Made by a program: the position numbers and the translations under genes. From assembly GCA_964304625.1 (NCBI GenBank), contig OZ199838.1, positions 2,840,271 to 2,904,270 on the forward strand: a stretch of 64,000 nt of DNA, in the 5' to 3' direction. Positions 1-14,070 of the stretch are shown here, in pieces. The notes under the pieces were generated by a model that was given only the letters and a program-made list of their open reading frames with translations, searched no databases and was not told the origin of the DNA. This DNA comes from Kudoa neothunni. Its lineage: Eukaryota > Animalia > Cnidaria. Position 1 is the stretch's first letter. The number at the start of each line of letters is the position of its first letter.

Positions 1-306
1 ATTATAGGAATTGAATAATCCGTAAAATATTATAGTTACAAGAACCAACATAGATTATTATTTCGATAGTAAAAATTGTTAAATTTGATTATTTCTAAGT
101 TATTAACAATCTATATATTCTTGTCTGTCTTCTATCATATATTTTTATCCAATAACTCCATCAGGTTGAATGTTCTTTATTATTATTATTATTCTCTAAA
201 TAACTTCGTCCTAATTTCGCAATATTTTGTTTTTCGGAAATTATACCTCTAATGGGTTAAACTGAGAACCTAGATATATTATGGGATGAATATAAAAATA
301 ATTATA

Positions 307-2470
307 CAATAGTTAACCGATTATTCGGATATTCAGACATGTAATTTTAAGGATTAATACCTATAAAGACATTAAAAAAGTCAAACTGAATATTACGAAA
401 ATATATTGCTAAATTACGTAGAATATTCATGTATTGAATTTTGGTATATTTAATCCCGAATCTTCTATTCTATGTGAAAATTTTACGTGATCTTTTTGTG
501 TGGCTAACCGTTTCAACCTACTTAGAACAATTAAAGATGAATATCTATAAATTAATGATTATGATGATTTATCATGTAAAGAAGAAAAATTGAGGGGCTT
601 TTCATTATTTTAACCTCCGACAGTTTCTAATTTAGATCATTATTAAATAAAAAAATGAAAGCATAGGAAAGTGTACTAGAATCTTTTGAAAACGAAAAAT
701 ATTATAATAGGGCATAGTCATAATTTAACACGAAATCATTATAATGATTCAATTTAATGCGTTATAAAATTGCTGAGCTTTCTACGTTAGATATTATTAG
801 CAAAGGAATGATTTGAGTCTGAAAGATTTGGGTGAGACATCATTTGGTTTTTTCAAAAGATTTAAATCATGGTCTAATATAGAATACATTGTTTTTTAAT
901 TATGATAAAATAGGTAATTGATACTTAGTGTTATTAGACTTGATTCAATAATATTTCTTGGTTGCGTCTACATCAGTGTTTCCCAACGTGGGGCGACCCC
1001 TCACCGGTGGAGCGTGGAAAATCCTGAGCATTGATGTGACGTGGATAATGGTGAGATAATTTGGCAGGGTGACGCACATTGAAATAAATACTTAGATTTT
1101 TGATCTTGTTTATTTTTAAGCGAATGTTAATATCCAAATACAATACAAAAGCACTGATTAATTTATATAAAAAATATAAAAACGTTTAACATGGTTTTTG
1201 CTCAACAGAATCAAATTGGTTTTAATTCCAATGTTGTCACATTTTTAACCGTGAATCACTATTTTTTTAACTTATCCAAAAACAATACTGATTAATTTTT
1301 AATATTAATTATTTAATTTCGGTTTATGAGCCCCAAATACAGAAAAATTTTGTCTGATGGGAGTTGGATTAACACAAGTTTCACTTAAAGCGGTTTTTGA
1401 TTGAATGAGGATGTATAAATGTTAATTTTTAAGGTCCAACTATAAATTAAATTAGATCTGATCAAATCCATTTTAATTTTAATTCTAATGAAAAAGAAAT
1501 ATATATATTAGTCCTTTTCTAATTCTAATGTGGCATGAAGCTTGATTAAAAATTATAAGCAGTTTAAGTTAAAAATCAATACATTTGAAAAAGGTTGGGA
1601 AACACTGGTCTACATTATTGATAAAATGGTAATATAGTTTCAGAGGAAATTAGGAAATCCACGTTCGTATCTTTATAAATGGTATTTTTAAGACATAATT
1701 GTCGCTTCTATAGAGAAATATAGCATTTAGAATAGAAAGTTCAAAAACGAGAATAACTCTTCTTTTGAATGCTTCGGCGTCGAATGAAAAACTCGACCGC
1801 TTAGTTATTGATAATTACGGTAAACCTAGATGTTTCAAAAATGTCAAAATTCTTACTGTTACCTATTAATTTAATAAAACAGCATATACGACTAGCCATA
1901 TTTTCAAAGGATACATCATTAGTTTAAGTAAAAAAGATAGAAAGCTAAAAGTTTTTTATTTGTAAGCAATGCAATGATACATCTCATTTGAAAATGGATC
2001 CAACCAATATAAGAATGGATTCTCTTTCTCAGAATACGGCAAGTATATTGCAACCATTGAGTCAGGGAATCATTCATTTTCCAAAGTAATCCAGCTTATA
2101 TAAGAGCCATGATAAAAATATTGATGGTTTTTGTTGAAGAAGACAACTACTAGATTTCTCTGATATTTGTTTTTTTTCAAAAGAAGTGTGTAATTTTGTT
2201 ATTGGAATAAATGTTTAAATAAATCAAGTTTACGTCATCTTCCGGTGATGCAATAGGTATTTCTCCAAAGAAAGAAAATACAGAAATCACAAAAAAATTA
2301 TATGGATACCAAAAAATTTTCCATAATCTCATTTTAACCAATTAATGAATTTACAACCGACGTAAAAGTCATTAAATTAAATGAGAATCAATTTGAAGAT
2401 GAGATACAAACTCATAAACAAGTAAGCGAAAATGTTTCTCAAAACGAGGAGGTTAAAGCTAGTTAGTAAA
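307..2470 (+). pseudogene. Decayed pogo/Tigger-type (Tc1/mariner superfamily) transposon with transposase remnant, interrupted by a hAT MITE
   Basis: 1741-1950 reads SKTRITLLLNASASNEKLDRLVIDNYGKPRCFKNVKILTVTY*FNKTAYTTSHIF and ~2030-2080 QNTASILQPLSQGII (DDE_1 motifs). ~845-890 reads GFFKRFKSWSNI (CENP-B HTH-like). TA+CAATAGTTAACCGATTATTCG at 305-327 resembles the TIR family seen at 5077 and 11395. Right end is uncertain. Confidence 0.75.
974..1607. mobile_element. hAT (Charlie/Buster-like) MITE, 634 bp
   Basis: 14-bp perfect TIR CAGTGTTTCCCAAC / GTTGGGAAACACTG; perfect 8-bp TSD GTCTACAT at 966-973 and 1608-1615. Confidence 0.93.
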
Positions 2471-2629
2471 TTAAATTAATTCTAAAAAAATAATAATAGT
2501 GAAAATTATAACTCAGTTTCAATGTTGGAAGACACTATTTCCAATAGTTTTTTCAAAAATTTTTTTGTTCGCGGTCTGGAGATAATATATTACTTACAAA
2601 TGGTTAGTTAAAACGATTTAAAAAATTAA

Positions 2630-4912
2630 CCCTCTAACGATCCAAAAATCGATACCCCATACCCCCCACTAAGGTTTTTGGGGTGTAATTAACCCCACAT
2701 TTTTATTTGTCGATTATATGCAAAAAATTCCAAAAATGTTATTTGCAAACTATAACGAAAATCTATTGGGGGAACCCCTATAAATACATAACGATATATG
2801 CGCATTAATCCCATTCTAATCCGATTTATTAAACTTATACGCATCATTCGTATATATTCGTTAGTTGAGATATAACATTAATTTGTTGTTCTAAGAGAAT
2901 TAGTCAACTTTGTATGAATCGCAAGAGAAAAAAAATATATTTAATGATAGTAAACATTATTTTTCACATTTAAAACAAGTGTTAGATGAATGATGCGAGC
3001 AGTAATATTTGAAACAAGATTTGCACCATTGCGATGTTTTACGATCTTTTTTTCTCTCGCAATATTCACATCTACATTGTTTCAGACTGCTGGGAGGTGC
3101 TTTTTTCGGGAAACGATCACTTTTTGGTACATTCTTTATGATTTTGGTTGGCATATTTCTAGAGAGAAGAGGATCGTAAAGACATTGAGCAATTTCTTTC
3201 AGAAATGCACGTCTGTTCTTCTTTGAATCATTGAAAATATCTTTATATAACGCAAACGCATTAACTAAGGACAGGTCAACCATATTAAAAAACACTGTCA
3301 TAGGCCATCTCCTCGTAAACCTGCGAACTGAAACAGATGCAAGCATTCTATCAATGTTATCAACGCCGCCTTTAGTTTGGTTGTAATTCAGTATTACGTT
3401 GGGTTTGAATTTAAGCTTTTCATACGATACAGAGTCGTCCGTAGTGCCACTTGTCAAAAGAATGACAGCCTTCGATTTTTTACATACATATGACACCATC
3501 ATGCAATTTTTGTAAAATACAAAGTGGCTACTATAGATATGCTTTCTCGGAGAAGGAAGTAGACAGCTTGGGATTTCCTTTTTATTTTTTCTCAGCGTTC
3601 CCAAGAAAGTAAGATTTTTATCCATCAATTTTTCGACGAGCGAAAATGATGAAAAAAAATTGTCAGCCACCACGTTTCGGCCAGAATAAAAAAGAGGGTA
3701 TTGACAAAGAGAGAACTACGCTTTCACCAAGGTTACATTGTCTCGTATTGTCGGAATTGTTCTTCCCCAAATAGATACTGATATTCAAGACATAGTTCGA
3801 GATCGGATCTGCCAACATGAAAAATTTCAAGCCATATTTTGCCGGTTTCATTGGCATATATTGTTTGAACGGACATCTTCCCCGAAATGACACTAGTTGT
3901 TCATCGACCGTTACATCTTGGTTGGGAGAAAAGCACCTGTGCAATATAGTTACCCCACTTATCCCATATCTCACGTATGGGGCAAAATTTGTCCGTTTCT
4001 TTCCGCTGAATCCTTGTTTCAAAATCATCAAAATGGATTGATCGATTAATTTGTTTGAAACAACGAAGTGAAAAAAGCCTCCTGTATATTTCTTTGCCTT
4101 CCTTGACACTGAAAAGTTCACATAAAGGCTCTTGCCGATCCTTATGCGTTCCCATCAGTATAAGGAGACCCAAGTAACCTTTAAATTCAACAGTGTCTAC
4201 GTCAAACCATTCTTCTTTGAAATGTTTTGTGCCAAACGCGTTGGTGTATTTTATTATTGTTGAGCATATCTCATCATTGAAAAATAGCGAAAAAACAGTC
4301 GACAATTGTTTTTATCCTCAAAAATGCATATGACGTAGGACCAGGAGCAGATTCCATAATGTTTGCGGAAATGGTTTTTTTCGCAGGTGGCTTTTTATCG
4401 CTCCATGAGATACCGCTTTTACTTATTAAAGTATTAGCATGGTCTATATCCTCTCCAATACTCTCTTCACTGGTTTCAAAATCTTCGATAATAAAATCGT
4501 CATATTCGCTACCATATGAACCACATTCATCACTGAAGTCGCTGAAACCACTCATGATAAATGCTCAACACCTGTTCGCGCGTGCGCACTCAACAAACTT
4601 CAATTTCAATCATGATTTTTGTAGTCATCTATCCGTTTAAAACAACCTAAACTTTTAATTTGTGCTCAAAATAATATACTTGTTCTTTTAAACAAAAAAT
4701 CTGGGGTTAAATACACCCCAAAAACCTTAGAAGATAATCTTCCGATAAAAATGTATATATTCAATAAATTTTTAATTTTCATATTTCATCTTATATTATA
4801 GGCGTTTTTATAGGAATAACGTGAGTTATCAGTTGTTCAGTTATTTTCAAAGAGAGATATGCTTATTTTAAAGTGGCTTTGGGGTGTAATACACCCCAAA
4901 AACCTTAGAGGG
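2630..4912 (-). mobile_element. piggyBac transposon, full length (~2.3 kb)
   Basis: TTAA TSD at 2626-2629 and 4913-4916; termini CCCTCTAA...TTAGAGGG; subterminal palindromic GGGGT-N-ACCCC motif at 2665-2697, 4702-4730 and 4880-4912; contains a transposase. Confidence 0.95.
2957..4555 (-). CDS. piggyBac transposase (~531 aa after correcting three +1 homopolymer indels)
   Basis: Four overlapping ORFs join into an acidic N-terminus, TVDEQLVSFRGRCPFKQYMPMKPAKYGLK, ADNFFSS, YNQTKGGVDNID (DDD triad), RRWPMTVFFNMVD and a C-terminal Cys-rich domain CxCxxC...CxxC...CxxH...CxxC. No in-frame stops once the indels are corrected. Confidence 0.92.
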
Positions 4913-5076
4913 TTAAAATGCTCAAAATAATTTTTATCACCATTCCGATATGTTATCTAATGAAGGATATTTCTCGTGATTAATATTATGAAAAAGTTAT
5001 AAACCAATTTTAAACAACACTTATTTAACTATAATTATACACGTTAATGTTTTCCGCGAAAATCCGAAATTGGTTA

Positions 5077-6021
5077 CAGTAGGTGACCGATAATTCGTAA
5101 CTTACTTTACAATTTTATCCATCCGGCTAAATTTATCAAATAACATTTATTATGAGTTCATAATTGAATATAAGAGTTATTTTTATTTCGTGAAATGAAA
5201 AGTTTTAAAATTGTGTATAACCGATAATTCGTAATTATTTCTAAATGGCCCCCCAAAAAGAATTCAGAAACTCAGAATGCTTCAAGAGAAATATATAATT
5301 AAACATTATGATAGTTTTCCGACCGTAAATAGAAAGGCGGGAATTATTAAACATTTAAAAATAGGTTCAACATAAAAAAAGTCAGTTTCCGTAGAAAAGC
5401 TAGCACGGTACCCATAGGAATTATTGTAGATTGGAATACTCAACTTCTTAGAATTCTTGAAAATTATAAGGAGGATCCAATATATAGTGTCGATGAGACC
5501 GCGCAGTTCTATCAATTAACGCCTTGTAACTGATTCCAAAACATGGTTATTTTTGTTTGGAATAAATTTTTTTTACATACATCAGATTAAACCTAAAAAT
5601 TCTTATAATATTATTTCTATTATAACAATTATTTATTGCGCGCCAAAGGAATGCTTTATTATTTTTTCGGTTTGAATTAAATGACGCAATACTTCTAAAT
5701 TAATGATCCTAAATCTTCTCCTAAAGATGCTCTAATGTTTTTCGAAAATTCGAAAATATTGTTCAAAGGTGCTGGTTATTCTGTAGGTGAATTGGTAGAA
5801 CTAGAGTCATATGTGTATGAGTATGAGTATATTGAAAAACTCAAATACAATAAAAAATAACAGATTATTTCATAAAGTCTTAAAAATTAAATAAAAAATG
5901 TAAATTTTTCATTGGTCTATTATCGCGCGCTCACGCAGCTTTTACGAATTAAGTGTCAGTGACGCCTGATTCGTAATTTTCCCGAGTCCCCAGGGGATCG
6001 CGAATTAATGGTCACCAACTG
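5077..6021 (+). mobile_element. Non-autonomous pogo/Tigger-type element, 945 bp
   Basis: TIR CAGTAGGTGACCGATAATTCG vs CGAATTAATGGTCACCAACTG; TA on both sides; retains a transposase C-terminal tail IQ*KITDYFIKS* at ~5846-5883. Confidence 0.85.
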
Positions 6022-6347
6022 TATCATAAAATACGAAATTGATCGTCACGATATACGAAAATGGATGAAAAAACCCGGTAAGTACAGAAATCTGTTGTAT
6101 AAAATTACCCGACTTCATCTCATAGTTGGATTATTTATTTAAAAAAATACAAATAATCTTTATCTTTTAACTGACCGGACGATTAAAGTATTCAACGCAT
6201 ATTTTAATCATAATATCGTTGTTTTGACGACAGTATTATTCGATATAAACGATAATATCCTGGTGCTCTTCACTTTCTCTTTGAGTGGACTTTATTTTCA
6301 TTTAGAAATCATAAGATCTCACAACTCGTGTAGTGTAAGTGTATTAA

Positions 6348-6596
6348 CCCTTAAAGGCTAACCATTGGATTCGCGCGTCCACCTCCCTATTATTTTGTTG
6401 TAAAACCTGTTATAATTTGTGTAATTTCGCCAAACCATTAACTTATTTTATTATGTCGGTCGGTAGATAATGCTTTTTTAAAAATGTAGATGAAATTCTC
6501 ACGAATATACACAAAATATAACATGCATAACAACAAAATTTATAAACAGAATAATATAAAGATGGGCGCATGGAACTGACGGTTATCCTTTAAGGG
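6348..6596. mobile_element. TTAA-specific (piggyBac-type) MITE, 249 bp
   Basis: Imperfect ~36-bp TIR CCCTTAAAGGCTAACC... / ...GGTTATCCTTTAAGGG; flanks TTAA and TTGA. Confidence 0.8.
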
Positions 6597-7166
6597 TTGA
6601 TCGTTTTCATAAACCCCTGGAAGAACCAATTAATCTAAAAGTTATTTTACAGTTTTATACGTAGTTTAAATGAGTAAATTTCATTTTAAATTCATATGAC
6701 AAATTATGAACACTCATATCTCGAATTAAAAATGGAAAGTAAACAATTTTTCCAATGAGATTAATCTCCTGTTTGAAAAACACGTGATTGTTTACACGGT
6801 CGTTCTAGTCTACGCAGGCAAAAACGCTATAGAACGTCTTAACTGTGTTCTAAATGTAGAAAAATAGTTATAACGTTATAGTTGAATATTGTAGTTGAAA
6901 GTTCAATGTAACCACATTTTCGCTGAACCTTTTAGTATAGACGTGCAGTGGTAATCTCATTATCATCAGCTCTAATCTGTTTATAGAAAGTGGACACCAC
7001 CAATTCACCATTTTGTAGGCAATCAAATAACCCTGTTGTATTTTTTTAGTTAATGTTGTATTTTTTAAAGTACAAAAATAATCTTAAATACCAAAGAAAG
7101 TCTCTATATAAGGAGGACATTTGTGCACACACGAACACTACAACCTTGTATGTATAGATATATTCG

Positions 7167-8443
7167 CTATATATATATATATATAAAGCCAAGTTGTCCG
7201 TGTCAGTCAGTACGCACGTGCAACAAATTATTTTCCTTATAGAGAGACATTTGTGCACATTTTTAAAAATCACAATGTTTCCAACAAATGTTTAAAAATA
7301 GTGAGTTTGTCGATTCAAAGTTTGTTAAGCTGATTACTCGATTACAACAATAGGATTAACACCGGCTTATGCAATAGTGAAGCTCGGTTGAAGTTAACAA
7401 AACGATGCTATTCATCGTTATGTATAGGATTTGTGTGCTTGTTTTGGTGTTTTCACAAATACACTCCTTATAATATCTGGAGTTTAGTTTTAACGTATTT
7501 GACTTGATAAGCATATTTTGAAAGTTCTATTAATGGTTTTAAATATGAAAAAAGGTTCATTTTTGCATCATTAGTAGCGATTTTATAGAGAATGCTATAA
7601 TCGGATAGGTTGAAGCATTATACTTTATAAATTATAATGCAAGCCAAGCGTTGGGCCCCTGGGTTTCATTGGAATCGTCCGCTATGTTGAATTTTAAATG
7701 TTTAAATTCAATGCAGATGGTTGCACTTTACTTCATCTAACTATTTTAATTATTTATATTTTATATTTGCGTGATTTAGAACTGTTTATGAGAAATAGCG
7801 CATTAATATTTATGTCGGGCCAAGGGATAATAATTTGAATAATTTGAGTAATAATAAAATCAATTATCTTAGATTTTCGTCTACCTCTGTATCTTTTATA
7901 CCTCCCCAACAAACATAGAAAAAACTTACTGAGTCGGACCAGAATTCGACTTTGAGAAATTCCCGACCGAAAAAATACCGTTTTAGGTAACACTTTAAGC
8001 CTTTTAACCCGAAAAAAATTAAAATTGAGAAAAAATATTTTCCATTATATATCAAATCTAGATATAAACTTAGGAAGGAATACATTGTCTTTTATTTAAA
8101 AAGTGTTATAAATAGTTACATGATATCATATGGCATCATTGGGGTCAAGGTAATTTAAATAATTCGGGAATGCATTAAAAATATGACGACGCTGACCTTA
8201 AGTTATTTAGCGTTGACGCCCGGTCATGAAATTGTTAATCGAACGAACGTCGAGTTAAGCACATCCCTACACAGAAATGATCATTTTTTAAATTTCAAAA
8301 TCCAAATCGTTAATTATGATGAATTAATTTTTTAAAATTTTACTGCTTCTATAGTTAAACTTGAAACATTAGTGTATTTTTTGAGTGTAATTGAGGATCA
8401 TATTGCAAAGTAATCCCAAGCAACGCTGGGCTTACTTTGCTAG
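7167..8443 (+). mobile_element. Non-autonomous Helitron
   Basis: 5' (x)CTATATATA..AAAG start; 3' hairpin CCCAAGCAACGCTGGG (8415-8430) followed by CTAG|T at 8440-8444; long dispersed similarity to 27730-28790. Confidence 0.8.
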
Positions 8444-8500
<57 letters not shown>

Positions 8501-8512
8501 GTATATATACAT
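8444..8512. repeat. (TA)n/(TACA)n microsatellite
   Basis: Direct reading; abuts the Helitron 3' end. Confidence 0.9.
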
Positions 8513-9207
8513 AAAGGATAAATTATGCCTTGTATACGCACGCAAGCGCGAAAAGAGATTCCAGTTAATGGCATATTTGTTTACAATTGAAACTATGAAT
8601 ACAATTCCTCGAATTGTTTAAGAGTGGTCGGAATGCGACTACAAAAAAACTAATTATTAAATATCAATTAATGCAACAATTTTAAAATAACCAATTGATT
8701 CTTAATCGGGATATCAATAGAAAGTAATCCCATATTTCATAATCCCCGATAAATATTAGACTTCCCGGATTTGAACTCTGCATGTATTTTAACAGGTATT
8801 AAATTTTGAATAAACACCAAAATCCTTGTGAACATGGTTAATAATCCACAGCCTAAGTGTGCTAAATCTAAATCGTTACAAAATAATCATAGTCATAGAA
8901 CTAATATAATGTGAATGAAATGTGTATTAAAATCGCCAGTGTGATAGTTGTAGAGAGTTGATTAGGAGTGTGAACAATAAATATTTGAAGTGGTCTCTCA
9001 AAAAACGTGTTGATAATTAATTCCGGCTAAATCAGACAAATGTAGATCAACACTTAGTAGACACGCAAAAAATCATCCTGTTAGAAAAAATAACACTACG
9101 CATGAGGGTTTCAGATAGAACTTCAAACGATATTTAACGGAAAAACTTCAACAATTTCAAACATGAACAGCGTTTAAAAGTGATGATGGGAGGGAGAGTT
9201 GGCGCGA

Positions 9208-10175
<968 letters not shown>

Positions 10176-10872
10176 ATGTCTGGTATATATGAACCTAGTC
10201 GTGGCGGTGTACGCGGAGGAAGAGATCAATTCAAATGGGATGATGTGAAAAAAGATAAAGACAGAGAAAACTATCTCGGCCACTCTTTTAAAGCGCCCCT
10301 TCCATCTCAGGAACGCTATCAATTTGATTGGTATTACATTTAAGCACTGCTTTCTACTTTTGATTTTCTAATGCTCCTATTTCCAGGTATACCAAAAATA
10401 GAACAGCTATAATCGGAAAAAATGTAATGACTTGCACAATTATTCAAATGGGTTTTTGTGACATTCTACATTTTAGGAGGAAAAAGAAATAATCAAAGAT
10501 ATTGAATCAAAGGCGATGGCCGCTGCACTGTTATTATTTGATTTTGTTTGATGTGGTTGATCTTTTCAAACCTGTAGTGGTTCATCATATGCTCTGATAT
10601 CCGCTCAAACTCCAAAAGTCCAACCTTCCACTATCAATGTGAAACCCTATTAAAATTTTCTTTATTCAACTTCATATTTCATGTAGCGTATGGTATATAC
10701 CCCCGCGGATGAGGAAGTATCTCATAAAAGTGAACGTACCTCAAAGTCTCATTCCAAAACAAAATCCGATCGTCATCGACACAATAAACATAACAACGAA
10801 AAGCATAAAAGTGTTGAAAGGGAATCAACTAAGCATAAAACAAAAAAGGCGTCTAAAAAATCGAAAAAATAA
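10176..10872 (+). CDS. MMTAG2: Multiple myeloma tumor-associated protein 2 homolog (C1orf35), 5 exons
   Basis: SRGGVRGGRDQFKWDDVKKDKDRENYLGHS signature, DW|YTK, EEKEIIKDIESKAMAAAL|G and a basic C-tail; introns 10331-10386, 10424-10476, 10530-10577 and 10639-10686 keep frame. Confidence 0.9.
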
Positions 10873-11394
10873 TTTTTATTTCAATTTTTTTAGTATTGTA
10901 ATATTTCGTATTTTGACAGTTTCCCTGTGTGTGCAGTATTAGTAATTGTTAGCGTCTGCAGTAATACACATATACGTGCCATTACACATAATATAAAATC
11001 TGCCCTAATAGTAATAGAGTAATATTTCGAGAAAAGTTAGCGATTAATTTTAAATTTGTCGTTGATGGGTGTTAATTTAATCTTCTGACTTAAATCCAAT
11101 CTATCATCATTCGGATTTATTGTATTCGGATTGTTCGTGCTATTCGTACAAAATTGCTACTTATGTTGTTTACTCTCTTTTTGATTAGCAACACATCGTT
11201 TACACCAACAACGCGATATTATAATCTGAAAGGATTACACGATAAAAATAAAAAATATGGAAAGTAATTCCTTCAATCATTTCGATTAAAATAGTTTTTT
11301 ATATTTTTCAAACAATGATTATTTTTATACACGGAGAGGGAGTTAAATAAATAATTCATTATTATTCCGATGTAAATAACAAATTACGGCACTA

Positions 11395-12965
11395 CAGTAG
11401 GTAACCGATAGTACGCACTTTCATCAACAATACGTATTCAAAGTTTATGTCAGGTGATGCGTTTAATAATATTTTTTTTAATTGTAAAAAGATAAAAGTC
11501 TTTAAAATATTCTGGAATTAAACTAGAAAATTACCAATCCGCCATATCACGTGACCACCAAATGGTAAGCACTAAGTTGGCCAAACCATATCGATGTTGT
11601 AGGTTTAATTAATTTTTTTGAAAAAGTGGGAAAAATTTGAAATTTTACAGTTGAATTTTGTTGTTAGAAATAACTGAAAATTAATCAAACATGTGTGTAA
11701 CATACCGAGCGCCTCAAAATCGACTATACACTCGGTGCTTTTGAGTCAAATTGACCCCAGATTTTTACTGCACCGTTAAATGCAATAAATAGTCACGTAA
11801 TCATATGTATAATTAAATACAATCTATCAACAGATCTCGGTCATATCTGCACCAAGATTTACATTGCGCGTACACGAAATATCTCGAATTCGTGTGAATT
11901 CGCTGGCGAAACCTGTGTTTTGTTTATATCGCCCCTTGGATATAATTTAGGCTATAAACATTAGTGTCCTCGCGCAAAACACATCCAAATCCTTATCTTT
12001 GTCGTCAAATCTATAAGACATCGAATTTTGATATTTAGATTAAGTGATATAAATATATCACTAGGTTCACTCTTATAATCAGTGAGAAAAATCTCATCCA
12101 AATCTTCCTTGGTCTCTTGTCGGCATGTGTCGGGTACATGCGTACGAACGGCGCGCTAAAGTGGATGCATTCGTGTCATCGCGTATGATCTCGTGTGAAT
12201 GTTTTCTTTATTTTCTCAGTATTCTGCCCGCAGAATTCAATCAAACTGAATTATTCTTTTTTTTAATTTTTATTATCATTTAATGCAATAAAAACACTGG
12301 GTCAAATTGACCCTTAAAGCACCGACTGTATTTTGTTGTATATCGTCATTTATTCTACTTATTTTTATTAAATATTTTACAAATATTTATAAATTATTAC
12401 GTTTTAGGAGAATACACTCAATATTACACTATTATTAAATTCTTGTATGTATATAAAACTTGGAATACAATAGACTCTGGAGTCAATTTGACCCTAGAAA
12501 CGCTCAGGAGAATAAAAGTACATTAATAGTCGTCATTAAACATTTTACCGTATACGCTGTATCTAAATTAAATGGTAAGGTGAACTTTTTTAAAAATTTC
12601 ATGGCCAACATATAAAAACTTTTGTTTTCATATGGCGCTTAAAATAAATAATCATAAAATAGCGTTTATAACTTCATAGAACCGACTATTTACTAAATTT
12701 TATCCCAATGTAAAACGATAGAAATATTTTATCAAAATGTATGGTTTAAACACAACTTACAAATTATTTTCCGACCAAATAATCTAAATAATGCATTTTT
12801 AGTTAGTCTAATCTAAAAATAAGTTGTATTACTTATGTTGAAAAAAACAATTAAAAATAAATGCGCGAATATTTCAACTATGTAGTGTCGATTACAACGT
12901 TTAGTACGCATTTTTTTGGACGATCCATCATCCAGAGGGGATTACGTACTATCGGTTACCTACTG
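11395..12965. mobile_element. Non-autonomous pogo/Tigger-type element containing a nested piggyBac-type insertion
   Basis: Perfect 21-bp TIR CAGTAGGTAACCGATAGTACG; flanks TA and CA (mutated TA). Confidence 0.85.
11701..12512. mobile_element. Decayed non-autonomous piggyBac-like element
   Basis: Palindromic G(G/A)GTCAAATTGACCC motif once near the left end (~11743-11760) and twice near the right end (~12297-12315, ~12477-12495), the same 1+2 layout as 2630-4912; termini and TTAA are degenerate. Confidence 0.6.
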
Positions 12966-13029
12966 CACTACTCAGAGTTGGTACGTTTTAAGGTCAATGA
13001 ATTTCGAGATAGAATTATTGTAAATGCAT

Positions 13030-14070
13030 GCCACATGATGAGATAATGTGTTAGAAGAGTTGGCACAAAGTATCCACTAATATCACCTAGCTCAAAACAT
13101 CAAAATGAACATAACGAATTACAAATTTTATTTAGCATCGAGTATCAGAACATATCGGATTTCTGCTGCACAAGATGACTGTCTCTTGAACAAGTTATTC
13201 AGAAAATATTGGAAGAATGGGCAGTTCTGACAACGTTTCCCAAGGTTGGACCATAAGTAAACAAGGCTGAACCCGCACCTAAAATATTTGCACCTCTATT
13301 TAAACCCATAAATAAAATGTGTTATGCCTTTTTAACTATTTTTTAAACACAGTTATGGAACTCGACGTCGAATTACAAAATGAGAGTTTAGAGTTCATTA
13401 ACTAAGGAATTCCTTTGAAAATATTATTAAGTGAAAATTCATAATTTTTGAGGGGTATGATCAAAAATAACGTCTTCTGGAGCTTAAATTTTAAATACTT
13501 GTTAAATTATGTTCTCCCTGGTAAGTTTTATTATGAGTCGAAAGTAGAATCAATTTGGAATGAAAATACGACTGGAATAAGTGCTCATGATCTTGTTTAC
13601 TTTCTTACCAAAACTCTGGATTTCTATTTATTACTGACGAAACAGATATTTCAAAGGTTTTAAGCATTGCAAAATTTATGCATTTACATATATTTGAAAC
13701 GATGCTTCTTGCAAACGCCAATGAAGGAAAACCCCATTCCATTATACCTCTCTCAAAGAGATTTACAAATATTATTGCCAAAAATAAGTATTCAATTTTG
13801 GAAAGTGAATAGATAGAACTTAGCTTGTAAAATAGCGGACATTTCATTGAAAAAGTCCCCAAGAAATATTGGTATGCCGTCACAAATAAAAGAGGAGAAA
13901 TATTTAAGCATCGATTACTGTCATAATTAATGCTGTGTTTACTTGCTTTGCCTCATTCGTCTGGATCTGCTGATAGATTATTTTCATTAGAGAATAAAAA
14001 AAGGTTAACAAACAGATTTACATCGGAAGATGAAACAATAATTGCTCTTCTATATCTGAATGTTTACTGA
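13030..14070 (+). pseudogene. hAT transposase remnant
   Basis: SSKHQNEHNELQILF...CCTR*LSLEQVIQKILEEW (TRWLS motif) and C-terminal dimerisation motif YW...LLS*LMLCLLALPHSSGSADRLFS; multiple stops. Confidence 0.8.

Noticed and set aside
2990-4640. Plus-strand ORFs 2990-3226, 3817-4041 and 4359-4640
   Set aside because: Antisense shadows of the piggyBac transposase
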